Positions 19,841 to 29,813 are shown, numbered from the stretch's first letter. The stretch: DNA of 64,000 nucleotides from Candidatus Obscuribacteraceae bacterium (GCA_044226015.1 JBGAHS010000003.1:480001-544000), one strand, 5' to 3'. Made by a program: numbers and translations. The notes: generated by a model from the sequence alone, not told the origin.

Positions 19841-20189
19841 AAGACCTTCCTCGCTTTCTGCAAATCTTAGATCAAGTCTCAGGAAGAATGCGCGGAATTT
19901 TGCATTTCTGCAAGGTTCTGTGTTGTCAAAATAGGTCACTAGCCCACCAGGAGAACGTCCAAAATCATCGGTCCAATTTAAGCTAGAATTCTCAGCCGAA
20001 CTGCGAAATTCAGACGCAACCTTCGTGACATCACGCTAGGTGTACAGCTAAGTTATAGCCGCGAGCCCCTGGCCGACAGGCGGTAGCGCCATCGACTGCC
20101 AGCCCCGCCAGCTGAGGCTAGTGCGAGCCACGCCATCGCAATAACACCCCCCCTAGCGCCGACGTCCTGTGGTCCCCGCCCCACGATAC

Positions 20190-20219
20190 TTGGTTCAGCC
20201 CCCTGCGTTGTCGTAGGGT
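20190..20219 (+). promoter_or_regulatory. Cassette-type promoter TTGGTT-N18-TAGGGT
   Basis: Family spacing and -10. Confidence 0.65.
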
Positions 20220-20419
20220 GTAAGGTACATTCGTCGTTTACTTCACCCCGCAAAGAAATCTCCAAACCCAAATCAGCACAGCCACATCAGCTTGCCGCTT
20301 CTTGTTTTTACAAGGAGATTGGGTACGGAGTTGTTTCTAGCAACGACAGATGCCACAAAGCACCGCCAATGCGCTGCTTTCCTTTCTTACCGAACCCTAG
20401 CCTGAAAGGAGCTATCGTT

Positions 20420-21373
20420 ATGGACGGACATGATGGACATGGCCCAGACCACGGAGGTGGTGCCGGTCATGCATTCGACCTCGGCGCTCTCGCCGCTGGT
20501 CTCGGTGGTCACGGCCACGCTCACGGTTCGCACAGCCACAGCGTCGGACACGCGCCTGGTGCCACTCATGGGCACTCGGGTTGGGCTTTCGGCATTGCTT
20601 CGGCAGCGCTGTCGCACTCAGGTGTGATGGACTCCGTTGCGACGCGCGAATGCACCGACGCCCAGATCGGCGTGCGCCTGCCCGGCGTCGTGCTCAGTGA
20701 CAGGACCATGCAGCTTCTGGTCTGGCCGCATGGACTCATCGACACGCAAGCGCTCTTCCGCACCATCGCCAGCCGCCACAAGCTGCTGAGCCTGTCGCGC
20801 AAAACGCCTGCCACTGTCGCCTCGAACCGCCAGCACAAGACCCTGCTCGACACCAAGGTCTTCGACGGCCCCGGCAAAAACTCTCAGCCGAGTGCCAAGT
20901 ACGAAGGCGCCACCGGAACGACCACCGTGTGGAACGAGTTCTGGCAGCTGCCGACACAGCGCGCCTGGTGGAGTTCCAAGACCGTCGATGATGGACTGCC
21001 CCTGGGCTCCCATCTCGTCATCATGGGTTACACCTGGTTCTACGCTGAGACCGGCGACTACGAGACGCGCGTCGCTATCACGGTTACCAAGCCCAACACT
21101 TGCGTAGCCGGAGAGTGGAAGCCCGTCGATGAAGACGCGGTCAGACGGCACCTCGCTACCGCTCGTTCGGTCGCACTGGAGCTTTTCGACCAGCTGTCGA
21201 AGGTCAATTCGGCGGAGTATTCCAAGGTGATGCGTGAGCTTCAGAACCACGACCGGACTCCGGTTTGCGGACCTCTGGGCTGCGAACTTCACCACGCCCC
21301 GACGCACGTCGCTGCGCCTCGATTTCTGCCTCGCCATAGCGGTGGGGACATCATCCGCGACGAAATGCGATGA
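20420..21373 (+). CDS. Hypothetical protein with His/Gly-rich N-terminus; GC-rich cassette gene
   Basis: AAGGAG RBS; MDGHDGHGPDH...HGHAHGSHSHS. Confidence 0.7.
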   Translation: MDGHDGHGPDHGGGAGHAFDLGALAAGLGGHGHAHGSHSHSVGHAPGATHGHSGWAFGIASAALSHSGVMDSVATRECTDAQIGVRLPGVVLSDRTMQLLVWPHGLIDTQALFRTIASRHKLLSLSRKTPATVASNRQHKTLLDTKVFDGPGKNSQPSAKYEGATGTTTVWNEFWQLPTQRAWWSSKTVDDGLPLGSHLVIMGYTWFYAETGDYETRVAITVTKPNTCVAGEWKPVDEDAVRRHLATARSVALELFDQLSKVNSAEYSKVMRELQNHDRTPVCGPLGCELHHAPTHVAAPRFLPRHSGGDIIRDEMR

Positions 21374-21378
21374 GCATC

Positions 21379-21449
21379 TGGACGCCAGCGGGAAGAAGAA
21401 CAATGCGCAAGCATTGCTCCTCTCTTCCCGCTGGCAGTCCATTTTTTTT
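21379..21449 (+). terminator. Long terminator with GCAA loop
   Basis: GCCAGCGGGAAGA...CAATGC-GCAA-GCATTG...TCTTCCCGCTGGC plus T8. Confidence 0.8.
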
Positions 21450-21460
21450 CCAAGCGATGC

Positions 21461-21477
21461 TGCTACTTGCTATAGTA
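21461..21477. repeat. TACTAY-N5-RTAGTA family palindrome (TGCTAC TTGCT ATAGTA)
   Basis: Single site between two convergent cassette genes. Confidence 0.7.
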
Positions 21478-21578
21478 TGCATCGTATCAAGCAATAGAGG
21501 CAGAAAGAGAAAGTGAAGGGCACGCAGCCAGGACACGAGGTCACTGGCTGCATGCTCCACTAAGATACGAGCACAGGG

Positions 21579-22196
21579 TTAGCCGATCGGAATCTGCAAG
21601 CCCTTCTCGATGTGCGGCTTCGCCTGCGGCGTGCAGTAAATCTGCACCTCCGTCAAACGAACCGGATGTTCGAGTCTGTTGAAGACTGCATTCACAGCCA
21701 TCTTGAGTTTGTGCCCCATGCCCTTCATGTTGATGCCGCCTTTCGTCCCACGATTGGGAGCGAACGGAATCATGACGCGCTGAACGTCCAGTCGAATGGC
21801 TTCCTCGATAATCTTCTCAAAGACATCGAATGCCGTTCGCCCACTGAACTTTTCGGCGCGACCGATGCCCGCTACGAAGAGATGGCGATTGGCGTCGCCA
21901 CAACTTCCGCAGAGGTCGGTTTCGAGAAGCAGGTGGTCGCCGCGCTTGCCTTCAAAGCCACCATCCTTGATGGCAGACTTGATCAGCTCGCCGACGCCTT
22001 CGTGACGCGAATGCAGTTCACGGGGCACTTTCATGCCCGCGAGAACAGGAACCAGAACGAGGTCGGATTCGATTTCATCAATCGACTTGCGACCGAGTTC
22101 AGCGACAAACACGAATTTGGGCTTGTCGGGGTGGAACGGCTGATCAGCGGAGTGCGCTTGTTCAGTCAAAATAATTGCCTGGATGTGCCTGGCCAT
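21579..22196 (-). CDS. Stand-alone M17 leucyl aminopeptidase N-terminal-like domain; GC-rich cassette gene
   Basis: I..G.F.GK.GD.LL...L.VAGIG pattern; no catalytic domain; GGAGG RBS. Confidence 0.6.
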   Translation of the reverse strand: MARHIQAIILTEQAHSADQPFHPDKPKFVFVAELGRKSIDEIESDLVLVPVLAGMKVPRELHSRHEGVGELIKSAIKDGGFEGKRGDHLLLETDLCGSCGDANRHLFVAGIGRAEKFSGRTAFDVFEKIIEEAIRLDVQRVMIPFAPNRGTKGGINMKGMGHKLKMAVNAVFNRLEHPVRLTEVQIYCTPQAKPHIEKGLQIPIG

Positions 22197-22436
22197 TGCA
22201 AATCCTCCATTGGTTATCAGACTGCGTCTGCAGGTCGCAATCTGAAGTTGAAGAGTAACCGTAGCCTATGCTCGGTTAAGCAAAAAGCTGTCCATCACCG
22301 GGCTGTCACCAAGACTTTCCTAACAGTAAACTCAGCCGCCGCGTCTAAAGAAACGCTGAAATGGACTGAATTGCTTGTTAGGTGACTTGAATGGAGATTG
22401 GTAGCCGAGTGGAGAGGAACGTATACTGAGGAGCGC

Positions 22437-22465
22437 AGCCTATGAAAATCTGAGCGTCCATGCAA
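22437..22465 (-). promoter_or_regulatory. Cassette-type promoter TTGCAT-N17-TAGGCT
   Basis: Followed by a C-rich leader and long closing stem. Confidence 0.55.
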
Positions 22466-22680
22466 GCAGTAAGCGTTAAAAACGCGCTAAGCAGCCAACT
22501 ATGCCCTACTGCAAAAAAATGAAGGAAGACTAAAAGGCAAAACTTGGCGAAGGAGAAACCTTTGCAGCAGAGCATTTCCGGCATGCTAAAATAAAGCTGA
22601 CAGGTTAGCGCAGTTGTCACAATACATTTTGAACCCACTGCTTAACGCTTGTTACGTCGATGCTTTTTTTAGAGGCCGCA

Positions 22681-23166
22681 GTGAACCAGAGTGCATCAAA
22701 AAAGACCAGGTTAATTGGTTATGTTCGAATAGAAAACAGAGATGAAATCTATATCTCCGACCAGAATTCACACATAGAGAATTTCGCAGCAAAGAATAAT
22801 CTCGAAATCTTGCAGATTGAACACGAGGTTTCGAATGGGCAACAGCTCGTGCGCACAGGCGTTTGGAAGGCACTGCGGATGATGGCTTGTCTTAACTGCG
22901 AACCGAAACAAATGCCAATGGTACTTGATTACGATTATTGGTTCCAAGAAGTAATGAAACCATGCTCCTGCGAGAATCAAGACTCAGCAGATGGAATCAT
23001 CGTCGATGACATAAAAACCTTGTGTGCCAATCCGCCCCAGGGAGCCAAATTCTTACTCGACATGTGTACTCAGAAAAAGCACCTGTACGCTTCATCTGAC
23101 AAAAAGTGCCTGAGCTGCTGTAACCCTCAAGCAATTGAGTTTCTAAAGAGACAAATGTTGCGCTGA
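22681..23166 (+). CDS. Resolvase N-terminal-like domain protein, Cys-rich, catalytic Ser absent
   Basis: LIGYVRIE...Q...I..FA......E.SNG....R.G; ADGIIV; start GTG 22681 or ATG 22660. Confidence 0.6.
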   Translation: MNQSASKKTRLIGYVRIENRDEIYISDQNSHIENFAAKNNLEILQIEHEVSNGQQLVRTGVWKALRMMACLNCEPKQMPMVLDYDYWFQEVMKPCSCENQDSADGIIVDDIKTLCANPPQGAKFLLDMCTQKKHLYASSDKKCLSCCNPQAIEFLKRQMLR

Positions 23167-23334
23167 TCGGCAAGTTTAAAATTTGCGCTAACCGCTGCAA
23201 AACATCGCTGTGGCTGACCCCACGGTTTAACTATTCCTTCACGTTCTTGAAGGAATTTGGAATTTTGCCGTGAACCCTTGTGCTAGCTGCAACCCGCAGC
23301 AGCGCAAGGGACCAGCTCGAACTCCGTAGCTGCC

Positions 23335-23364
23335 TTTACTCCAGACTTGCCTGGGCGCTAGGGT
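23335..23364 (+). promoter_or_regulatory. Cassette-type promoter TTTACT-N18-TAGGGT
   Basis: Family -10 and spacing; pyrimidine tract follows. Confidence 0.6.
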
Positions 23365-23528
23365 GAGGGCACCTCTCTTTTCTCCCATCTCCAGAAACTT
23401 CTCTGCACCCCTATCACCAGCAACCAATTTCGACACCAGACTATTCGTGCAGACGAATTCAGGAGAGATGGGGTTTCTTCATCGACACTACCGGTGGTAT
23501 CGGTAGTAGCTTTAGAACAGGAGTAACA

Positions 23529-24065
23529 ATGATTCGTGCAAAAGTTTGTGACCCGGACAGCAAGCTCGGCTTCATGGAATTCACCCGAGGTACGACGAGC
23601 ATCCTCAGCGTTCCACATGGCGCCGACAGCGAACTGTGGATCAGCACCGACGACCAGAGCTGCACACTCACCATCGAAGCGGCCGGACAAGAGCTGAAGA
23701 GCGTCGAAATCGACCCTCCCGGGGGCTCGATTCGCATCTCTGACTTGCGTCAACCGTTGGCACGCAACGTCTTCTCGGTCAGCCGCCTCATGCAGGCAAT
23801 GCGCCTGGAGAAGGCAGCCGAACCCACCCAGCGCCTCTACAACTTCCGGGCGCTCATCTACTCTGGAACACCGAAAGCTCACGGCGACCTGCTCGCGACT
23901 TTCGATTTCCACCTGCTCTGTGAAGTTGACTTTCACTGGGCTCGGGCTTACCACCTTGAAGATGGCAACACCTCAGAAGCCGTCACTCGCCGCGCGGAAG
24001 GCACCTGTCCTCACTGCCAGGAAATCCGCAATCGTCTCGAGCGCCAGTGGCGCTACGAGATCTAA
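23529..24065 (+). CDS. Hypothetical protein with C-terminal CPHC; GC-rich cassette gene
   Basis: AGGAG RBS; biased codons. Confidence 0.7.
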   Translation: MIRAKVCDPDSKLGFMEFTRGTTSILSVPHGADSELWISTDDQSCTLTIEAAGQELKSVEIDPPGGSIRISDLRQPLARNVFSVSRLMQAMRLEKAAEPTQRLYNFRALIYSGTPKAHGDLLATFDFHLLCEVDFHWARAYHLEDGNTSEAVTRRAEGTCPHCQEIRNRLERQWRYEI

Positions 24066-24102
24066 TTCTTCTTCAACAACCTGAAATCTCGGAGGAGACA
24101 TA

Positions 24103-24549
24103 ATGTCGATTTTGCCGATGGGCAACACTACTGCCGACCAGCCGGGTCGTGAATATCACGCTCGGCTCAACGGGGGACGAAAGCTGCCAGCTGCAAACGC
24201 CGACCTTGCACAGGCTCGGTTGTTCAAAGAGTTCTGGGGTCCAAGCGGCGCCTGCCCTGTGCAACTGGAAGGCATTCTGCCGAACGGAGAGTTCGTCTAC
24301 TTCCGCGCCCGCGGAAACAAAGTCGAACTCGAAGTTTCCAGCGTGTACCAGGGACCCGCGCATGCTCACTACCTGAAGCAGCTTGAAACCAACCATGAGT
24401 TGGGCACCGGCGTGCTTCCGCAAGAAATCTGCGTGAGCTACATCAAGCGCTGGCTGGCTGACTACTCCCAGCGACTGAGCAACCCGCACGCGCCATACAG
24501 CGGTGAACAGTTCAAGGTCAGCGAACCTTTGGAAAGCATCGTCATCTAA
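24103..24549 (+). CDS. Hypothetical protein (ACPVQLEG...YFRARG motif); GC-rich cassette gene
   Basis: GGAGG RBS; biased codons. Confidence 0.7.
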   Translation: MSILPMGNTTADQPGREYHARLNGGRKLPAANADLAQARLFKEFWGPSGACPVQLEGILPNGEFVYFRARGNKVELEVSSVYQGPAHAHYLKQLETNHELGTGVLPQEICVSYIKRWLADYSQRLSNPHAPYSGEQFKVSEPLESIVI

Positions 24550-24580
24550 GCAGGGCAGGACCCAGCTTAGAACAGACAGT

Positions 24581-24623
24581 CGAAAGGGCAAAATCCGCAA
24601 GGACTTTGCCCTTTCGTCATTTT
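24581..24623 (+). terminator. Terminator with GCAA loop
   Basis: CGAAAGGGCAAAATCC-GCAA-GGACTTTGCCCTTTCG. Confidence 0.75.
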
Positions 24624-24632
24624 AAACGCACC

Positions 24633-24649
24633 AACTACAAGCAGTAGTA
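24633..24649. repeat. TACTAY-N5-RTAGTA family palindrome (AACTAC AAGCA GTAGTA)
   Basis: Convergent region; abuts the stop codon of the next backbone gene. Confidence 0.7.
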
Positions 24650-26119
24650 TTACTTACCCATTTGTTCGAGTAGGAAAGAAATCAATTTTTCGGCCTCACT
24701 TCTTCCCAGTTCATCCCAATGAGAGATACCAAAATTATCTTGTGAGTACTGGTCGGCCTGCTCATCAGTCCAGCCAATCATATCGAGAGCCTTACCCAAC
24801 ACTGTCAAATAATTTTGATCAGTTACTTCACCCAACGGATTTGCAGGTTTCTTGGCCGGTGCCGCAGGCGTTGAAGGCGCAGGCACTGCTGCTGGCAACG
24901 CTGCAGCGGGTGTGACAGGCGTAGCCGCAGGAGTAGAAGGCAACGAGCTGCTGAGTTGCGAAGACACAGATGGTGTCATTGGCGGTGGCGCAGCTACCGG
25001 TGCAGAAGGCGCCGCCGGAAGCACTGGTGACGTCATGGGTGGTGCCATAGAAATTGGAGCAGCAAGCGGACTTGGCGGACTTGCCATTTCAGGCTCTTCA
25101 TCTTCGTCACCTATTTCCATGTCGTCGCCGAAATCATCGAGCGGCTCAGGCATAGAGCTTGGGGTGCCTGAGGCAGAACTTGAAGAAGAAGATGATAATG
25201 ATGACGACGACGAATCGCCACCCTTAGAAATTGAAGGCATTGAAAGACTTGGGCGCTCACTACTGGAATTCATCAACGAGCCCGGAGCAGATGGTGATAC
25301 GCCCGCAGACATACCCGGAAACAACGCAGCCGGAGCGCTCACTGGAGTAGCAGGAGGACTTGCGGGCTGCGCTGGAGAAATTGCTGGAGAGATGGGTGAA
25401 GCGCTGGGAGTGATACTGGATGGCGCTTGAGCCGCAGACTGCGAAGCAGCTGAACCAAGAGAACTACTAGATACAGCTCTGTCCGTACTGGCGGGAGCGC
25501 TAGTAGATGGTGCAGGAGTGGTCGGCGCTTGAGTCACCGGCGCTGGTGCAGGAGGAGGCGGCGGTGGTGGCGGCGGATAGACGCTGCCCGAGCCATACTC
25601 TGTCTCCGGTAGTTGCACATTCACAGCTGGTCCGATTGAAATTTCCTCAGCCGGCAAATCCATTGGTGGAGGAGCGAACTCCTCTTCTACGGGTTGCCAT
25701 GGCGACTGAATTTCATTGCGCAATTCATTTCGAAGAGTGATAGAAATCATCAATTGGCGCAACTCGTCAATCTGCTTAGAAATCTCGATAAATCGTCTTT
25801 CGGCGAAACTGCGCAAACCAATAATTGCTTCCATCAGCATTTCTGGATTGCCCGGCTGCTGAGGAACACCAATTAACTTCGGTGTGATCAAGCCTTCTGC
25901 TTCGAGTTGTGGACGAATCTGTGATGTTGGCCAGCCTTGTTCTACCAACTCTTTGATGCGCTCAAGAATGGACAAGTCCTCAGGTCTATACTGTCTCTGT
26001 TGCCCCCGCCCACGTTTAATCTCAAGCCCGAACATCAACTCCCATCTTCTGAGTTGGTGAACAGACAAGCCCAATTTGGCTGCAACCGTGTTGATGGACA
26101 ACATTTCTGCCTGGGTCAT
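24650..26119 (-). CDS. MerR-type HTH protein with long Pro/Ser-rich linker and small C-terminal helical domain
   Basis: LSINTVAAKLGLSVHQLRRWE...R.Y...DL; start uncertain (26119 or 26152). Confidence 0.75.
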   Translation of the reverse strand: MTQAEMLSINTVAAKLGLSVHQLRRWELMFGLEIKRGRGQQRQYRPEDLSILERIKELVEQGWPTSQIRPQLEAEGLITPKLIGVPQQPGNPEMLMEAIIGLRSFAERRFIEISKQIDELRQLMISITLRNELRNEIQSPWQPVEEEFAPPPMDLPAEEISIGPAVNVQLPETEYGSGSVYPPPPPPPPPAPAPVTQAPTTPAPSTSAPASTDRAVSSSSLGSAASQSAAQAPSSITPSASPISPAISPAQPASPPATPVSAPAALFPGMSAGVSPSAPGSLMNSSSERPSLSMPSISKGGDSSSSSLSSSSSSSASGTPSSMPEPLDDFGDDMEIGDEDEEPEMASPPSPLAAPISMAPPMTSPVLPAAPSAPVAAPPPMTPSVSSQLSSSLPSTPAATPVTPAAALPAAVPAPSTPAAPAKKPANPLGEVTDQNYLTVLGKALDMIGWTDEQADQYSQDNFGISHWDELGRSEAEKLISFLLEQMGK

Positions 26120-26307
26120 AATTCTCAGCCTTTCTCCGATTATTCGTGACATTAAACGCTAGTGGTTATATGCTTTATGCCCAACTCTAGCGCAGCTAAG
26201 CGAAGCTGTATGGATGATACAGGAATTGAAAACAATTTTGTTGCTTTTTGAGATGCGGTGAGCGTTTTCAGGATGCTAAAATTGTTTATGTCAAGAGGAA
26301 GCAAGAA

Positions 26308-26664
26308 ATGACCCGCCCCAAACTGATGAGGTCAGCATTTCTGGCTATGGCGTTGTTATGGCAATGCCTGGCAAATTTCCTCGCACCCTGTGAAGCAGCA
26401 CTCCATACGAACAGTGCATTCAGTCGACAGGAAAAAGTCAGACAAGTTGCTGCCTTGGCAGCTGCACTTCCGGCTTTAGTCGAAATTAAACCGTTCGACA
26501 AAGCATCCAAAATTGAAAGCTCCAAGCTTCCGACTTTGAGAGAGACCTTAGCCTGCTCAATTTTCACAAGTTTGTTTTTTCTGTTCACTTCATCGGCAAA
26601 CCTCAATTTCAGAGCACCAGTACATCGAGGTTACTGGCTGCTATTCCGGTCTCTGAGATTGTAA
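26308..26664 (+). CDS. Small putative exported protein / possible leader ORF
   Basis: Hydrophobic N-terminus; ends FRAPVHRGYWLLFRSLRL. Confidence 0.4.
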   Translation: MTRPKLMRSAFLAMALLWQCLANFLAPCEAALHTNSAFSRQEKVRQVAALAAALPALVEIKPFDKASKIESSKLPTLRETLACSIFTSLFFLFTSSANLNFRAPVHRGYWLLFRSLRL

Positions 26665-26792
26665 ATCCAGGCAAATCAGTCTTCACATCAAGGTCAGCTC
26701 GAACGAAGGGTATCTACTGCACTCCGCTCTGATTGTGCTTTGCCATTAAACGCTGGCCTCTCTTTACGTGCGCGATGCGCTGGAGGTTTGTT

Positions 26793-28778
26793 TTGAATGA
26801 ATTACAATTGATCCAAGATCTTGGTTTGATTTGGGCCGTCTCGTTGCTATCCGGATTGCTCTGCATCAGATTGCGAATGCCCACCATCGCAGGATACATG
26901 CTTGCTGGTGTTGTAATCGGTCCACATTGCTTACGTTTGATAAATCATGCTGAAACCATAAAGGTGCTATCCGAGTTTGGAGTTGCAATGCTCTTATTCG
27001 CCCTTGGGGTTGACCTGTCGCTGAAACGAGTTCTTGCATCTGCAAGAAAGATTGTCAGTGCCGGTCTAGTGCAAATGATTTTGACCATCGGTTCTGCCTG
27101 GCTTATCGCAAGCCAGACCGGACTGGCAAACAATGCTGCGGCGGGCTTGCTGTTCGGCTGTGTCTGCGCAATCTCAAGCAGCGTTGTGATATCCAAAATC
27201 TTGATGGATCGCGGAGAACAGGAGTCGTTTCACGGTCAGATTTTGATACCGCTTTCACTGGTGCAAGATCTTTGCCTGGTAGCAATCATTCCATTTCTAC
27301 CGATTCTGCAAATGAACAACGCAAATTTCAACGGAGTAATCATCTCATCTGCGAAAGCAGCATTCTTTCTTCTGGCAGTTTTCATCGGCTCCATCAAACT
27401 CGTGCCCTGGGCCCTTGCAAGAGCCGCGAATTCAAACTCAAGAGAATTATTTTTGCTTTCTCTCCTTGTTTTGTGCCTTGGAATCGCTCTATTCAGCAGT
27501 TCGCTCGGATTATCACTGGCACTGGGCGCATTTATAGCGGGCATAATGATTTGCGAATCAAGCTACGCACACCAGGCATTGCACGATGTGGCACCACTAA
27601 GAGATGTTTTCTCAAGTGTCTTTTTTGTCTCCGTCGGCATGTTGCTTGATCCCTCCTATATCGCTCAGCATTGGATGCAAGTCTTAATCTTCGTATTCGC
27701 TTTGATTATCGGAAAGACTGCATTGGGAACTGTCGCAGCACTCTGCGCGAGCAGCAATCTTCGCACTGCTTTCCTTGTTGGACTGGGCTTAGCACAAATA
27801 GGAGAATTCTCCTTCGTTTTGCTGACATTGGGTCACGACTCTCATATCATCACCGACGCAATGTATAACCTCTTCTTTGCCGGGGCAGTAATTACAATGA
27901 TTTCAAGCCCTGCGCTGATGGCGTTCATACCGAAAGTACTATTGAAAATTCGCAATGCCAAATTCGATAACGAACCAATTCAGAGTTATTCAACCGCCAT
28001 GGAGAACCATGTGATTCTCTGCGGATATGGAAGAATCGGACAAAATCTGGGAAAGGTGCTAAAAGACCAAAGCCTCCCTTTCATCGCAATCGAACTAAAT
28101 GCCAACATCATCGAAGACCTGGCAATAAGCGGCGTGAAACACATTTACGGCGACGCCATGAGCCTCGATGTAATGAAAAAAGCCAACATCGCCAAAGCAA
28201 AAGCACTTGTTTTGACGATGCCAGACCCACTAACAGCCGCCGCCGTCGCAGATTTTGCAAAAAAATCGAACCCCGAGATAACAATCATCGCACGCGCTCA
28301 CAGAAGCGACGACATTGAAATCTTTAGAGACGCTGGTGTTAACGGGCTTGTACAGCCAGAGTTCGAAGCCAGCGTAGAAATAACCCGGTTGGTATTGCAC
28401 AGCATGAACTGCCCAATGTCTGCAATACAAGAATCTCTTGCAGAGATAAGAACCAGACGCTATGCCATTTTCCAACCAGACATCAAGGAAATTGAAGAAT
28501 TCGTTCACTCAAAAGAGCACCAGGACAAAATGGGCTTATGGTTCAGGGTGAAGTCGGAAAACCTTGCTGGCAAAAGCATCAAAACACTCGATATCAGAAA
28601 TGAAACAGGGGCAACAATAACTGCGGTTAAACGCGGCAACGAAACTTTCAGTTTTCCAAACCCCGATTTCAAACTGAGCATGTCCGACGAAATTTATGCA
28701 GTCGGTCAAGGAGAGCAGCTGGAGAAGCTCGCCATTTCTCTCAACGGAAAAAACCGTGAAAAAGAAGAAGCGCGCTAA
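26793..28778 (+). CDS. CPA2 (Kef-type) cation:proton antiporter with TrkA-N and TrkA-C domains
   Basis: GV..LLF.LG, LVQDL, LAQIGEFSFVL, CGYGRIG, YGDA; TTG start after GGAGG. Confidence 0.92.
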   Translation: MNELQLIQDLGLIWAVSLLSGLLCIRLRMPTIAGYMLAGVVIGPHCLRLINHAETIKVLSEFGVAMLLFALGVDLSLKRVLASARKIVSAGLVQMILTIGSAWLIASQTGLANNAAAGLLFGCVCAISSSVVISKILMDRGEQESFHGQILIPLSLVQDLCLVAIIPFLPILQMNNANFNGVIISSAKAAFFLLAVFIGSIKLVPWALARAANSNSRELFLLSLLVLCLGIALFSSSLGLSLALGAFIAGIMICESSYAHQALHDVAPLRDVFSSVFFVSVGMLLDPSYIAQHWMQVLIFVFALIIGKTALGTVAALCASSNLRTAFLVGLGLAQIGEFSFVLLTLGHDSHIITDAMYNLFFAGAVITMISSPALMAFIPKVLLKIRNAKFDNEPIQSYSTAMENHVILCGYGRIGQNLGKVLKDQSLPFIAIELNANIIEDLAISGVKHIYGDAMSLDVMKKANIAKAKALVLTMPDPLTAAAVADFAKKSNPEITIIARAHRSDDIEIFRDAGVNGLVQPEFEASVEITRLVLHSMNCPMSAIQESLAEIRTRRYAIFQPDIKEIEEFVHSKEHQDKMGLWFRVKSENLAGKSIKTLDIRNETGATITAVKRGNETFSFPNPDFKLSMSDEIYAVGQGEQLEKLAISLNGKNREKEEAR

Positions 28779-29240
28779 TGCGAAGATCTACAGTCCCTTC
28801 TTGCAAAAGCCCGCAAGCCCGAGCGAAAGCCCAGAAACTCCTCCTGCAACGGCTTTAGGGACACAGCAAGAAGCCCAGAGACTGAACCTTCGCTAGTTAG
28901 ACTAGCTACACTTTAATAAGTTTCGTTTGAAGAGGGTTCTTTACGCAGCCGTAATATGCCAAAAGCACAAGCGGGACAAGGGAATTCGCAGGTTCAACTC
29001 TGAAACGATAAACGTGCATGTCCATTCAAAATTTGCTAAGCATGCATCGTCATCTTTTCTCTTCCACCCAGGACAAAAACACAAGTAGCAACAAGTAAAT
29101 CTCGCATCAACACCAGAACAGCCCCGGTTCTCAATCAGGACTTTTTGCTTTTGCAAAGATGACTCCACGCACAAGCCATGTTGCTCCGTCCGCAAGCATC
29201 ACTGGCAAATCTCCAAATGCGGCATATCTGGAATACGCAA

Positions 29241-29402
29241 ATGCCCATCCTCGGTCTTCTCGCCGCTGGATCTTCCGCCCTTCTCTTCGCCTCCCTGGCT
29301 ATCGGAAGCTTTGGAGACGAGCGCTACTACGAACTCAGCAAGCTTCTTGCCTTCATGGGCACGGCAGGTCTGCTGGCGATGATTGTTTCTGGATTTTTCT
29401 GA
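29241..29402 (+). CDS. Small two-TM membrane protein, paralogue 1
   Basis: 53 aa; aligns with 29558-29734 (G...AG...LLFASL...G.AGLL...VS.FF). Confidence 0.65.
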   Translation: MPILGLLAAGSSALLFASLAIGSFGDERYYELSKLLAFMGTAGLLAMIVSGFF

Positions 29403-29557
29403 AAAAATTATCTTAGTCGCTTTCATTCAGAATCATTCTGAACCTTGCGAACTGCCGTGCAGCAAACCAGGCCGGCAGCCATAAACAAACCACCAATGCA
29501 TGCTTTGACCGCAGGTATCATTGGTTCAGATTCACAATGCGGCTAAGGAATAGACTA

Positions 29558-29734
29558 ATGTCCGTAATCGGTTGGATCACTGCCGGAGGCGCCGTTCTCC
29601 TTTTCGCCTCGCTGTTCGTCGCCCAGGCGTCGGACAATCTCCGCAACAAGGCTCTCTTCGACCTGGCCAACGTGATGACCCTCGCCGGAGCGGCTGGTCT
29701 TCTCGTCGGCGCCGTGAGCTGGTTCTTCGGCTGA
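29558..29734 (+). CDS. Small two-TM membrane protein, paralogue 2
   Basis: 58 aa; GC-rich codons; duplicated leader. Confidence 0.7.
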   Translation: MSVIGWITAGGAVLLFASLFVAQASDNLRNKALFDLANVMTLAGAAGLLVGAVSWFFG

Positions 29735-29774
29735 ATTCCATGTCGGGCTGAAATTCTCCGCTGATAACAGCCCT

Positions 29775-29813
29775 GCAGGAGCAGGTTTCCTTCGGGAAAC
29801 CTGCTTTCTGCTT
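29775..29813 (+). terminator. Hairpin with TTCG loop
   Basis: GCAGGTTTCC-TTCG-GGAAACCTGC. Confidence 0.65.
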
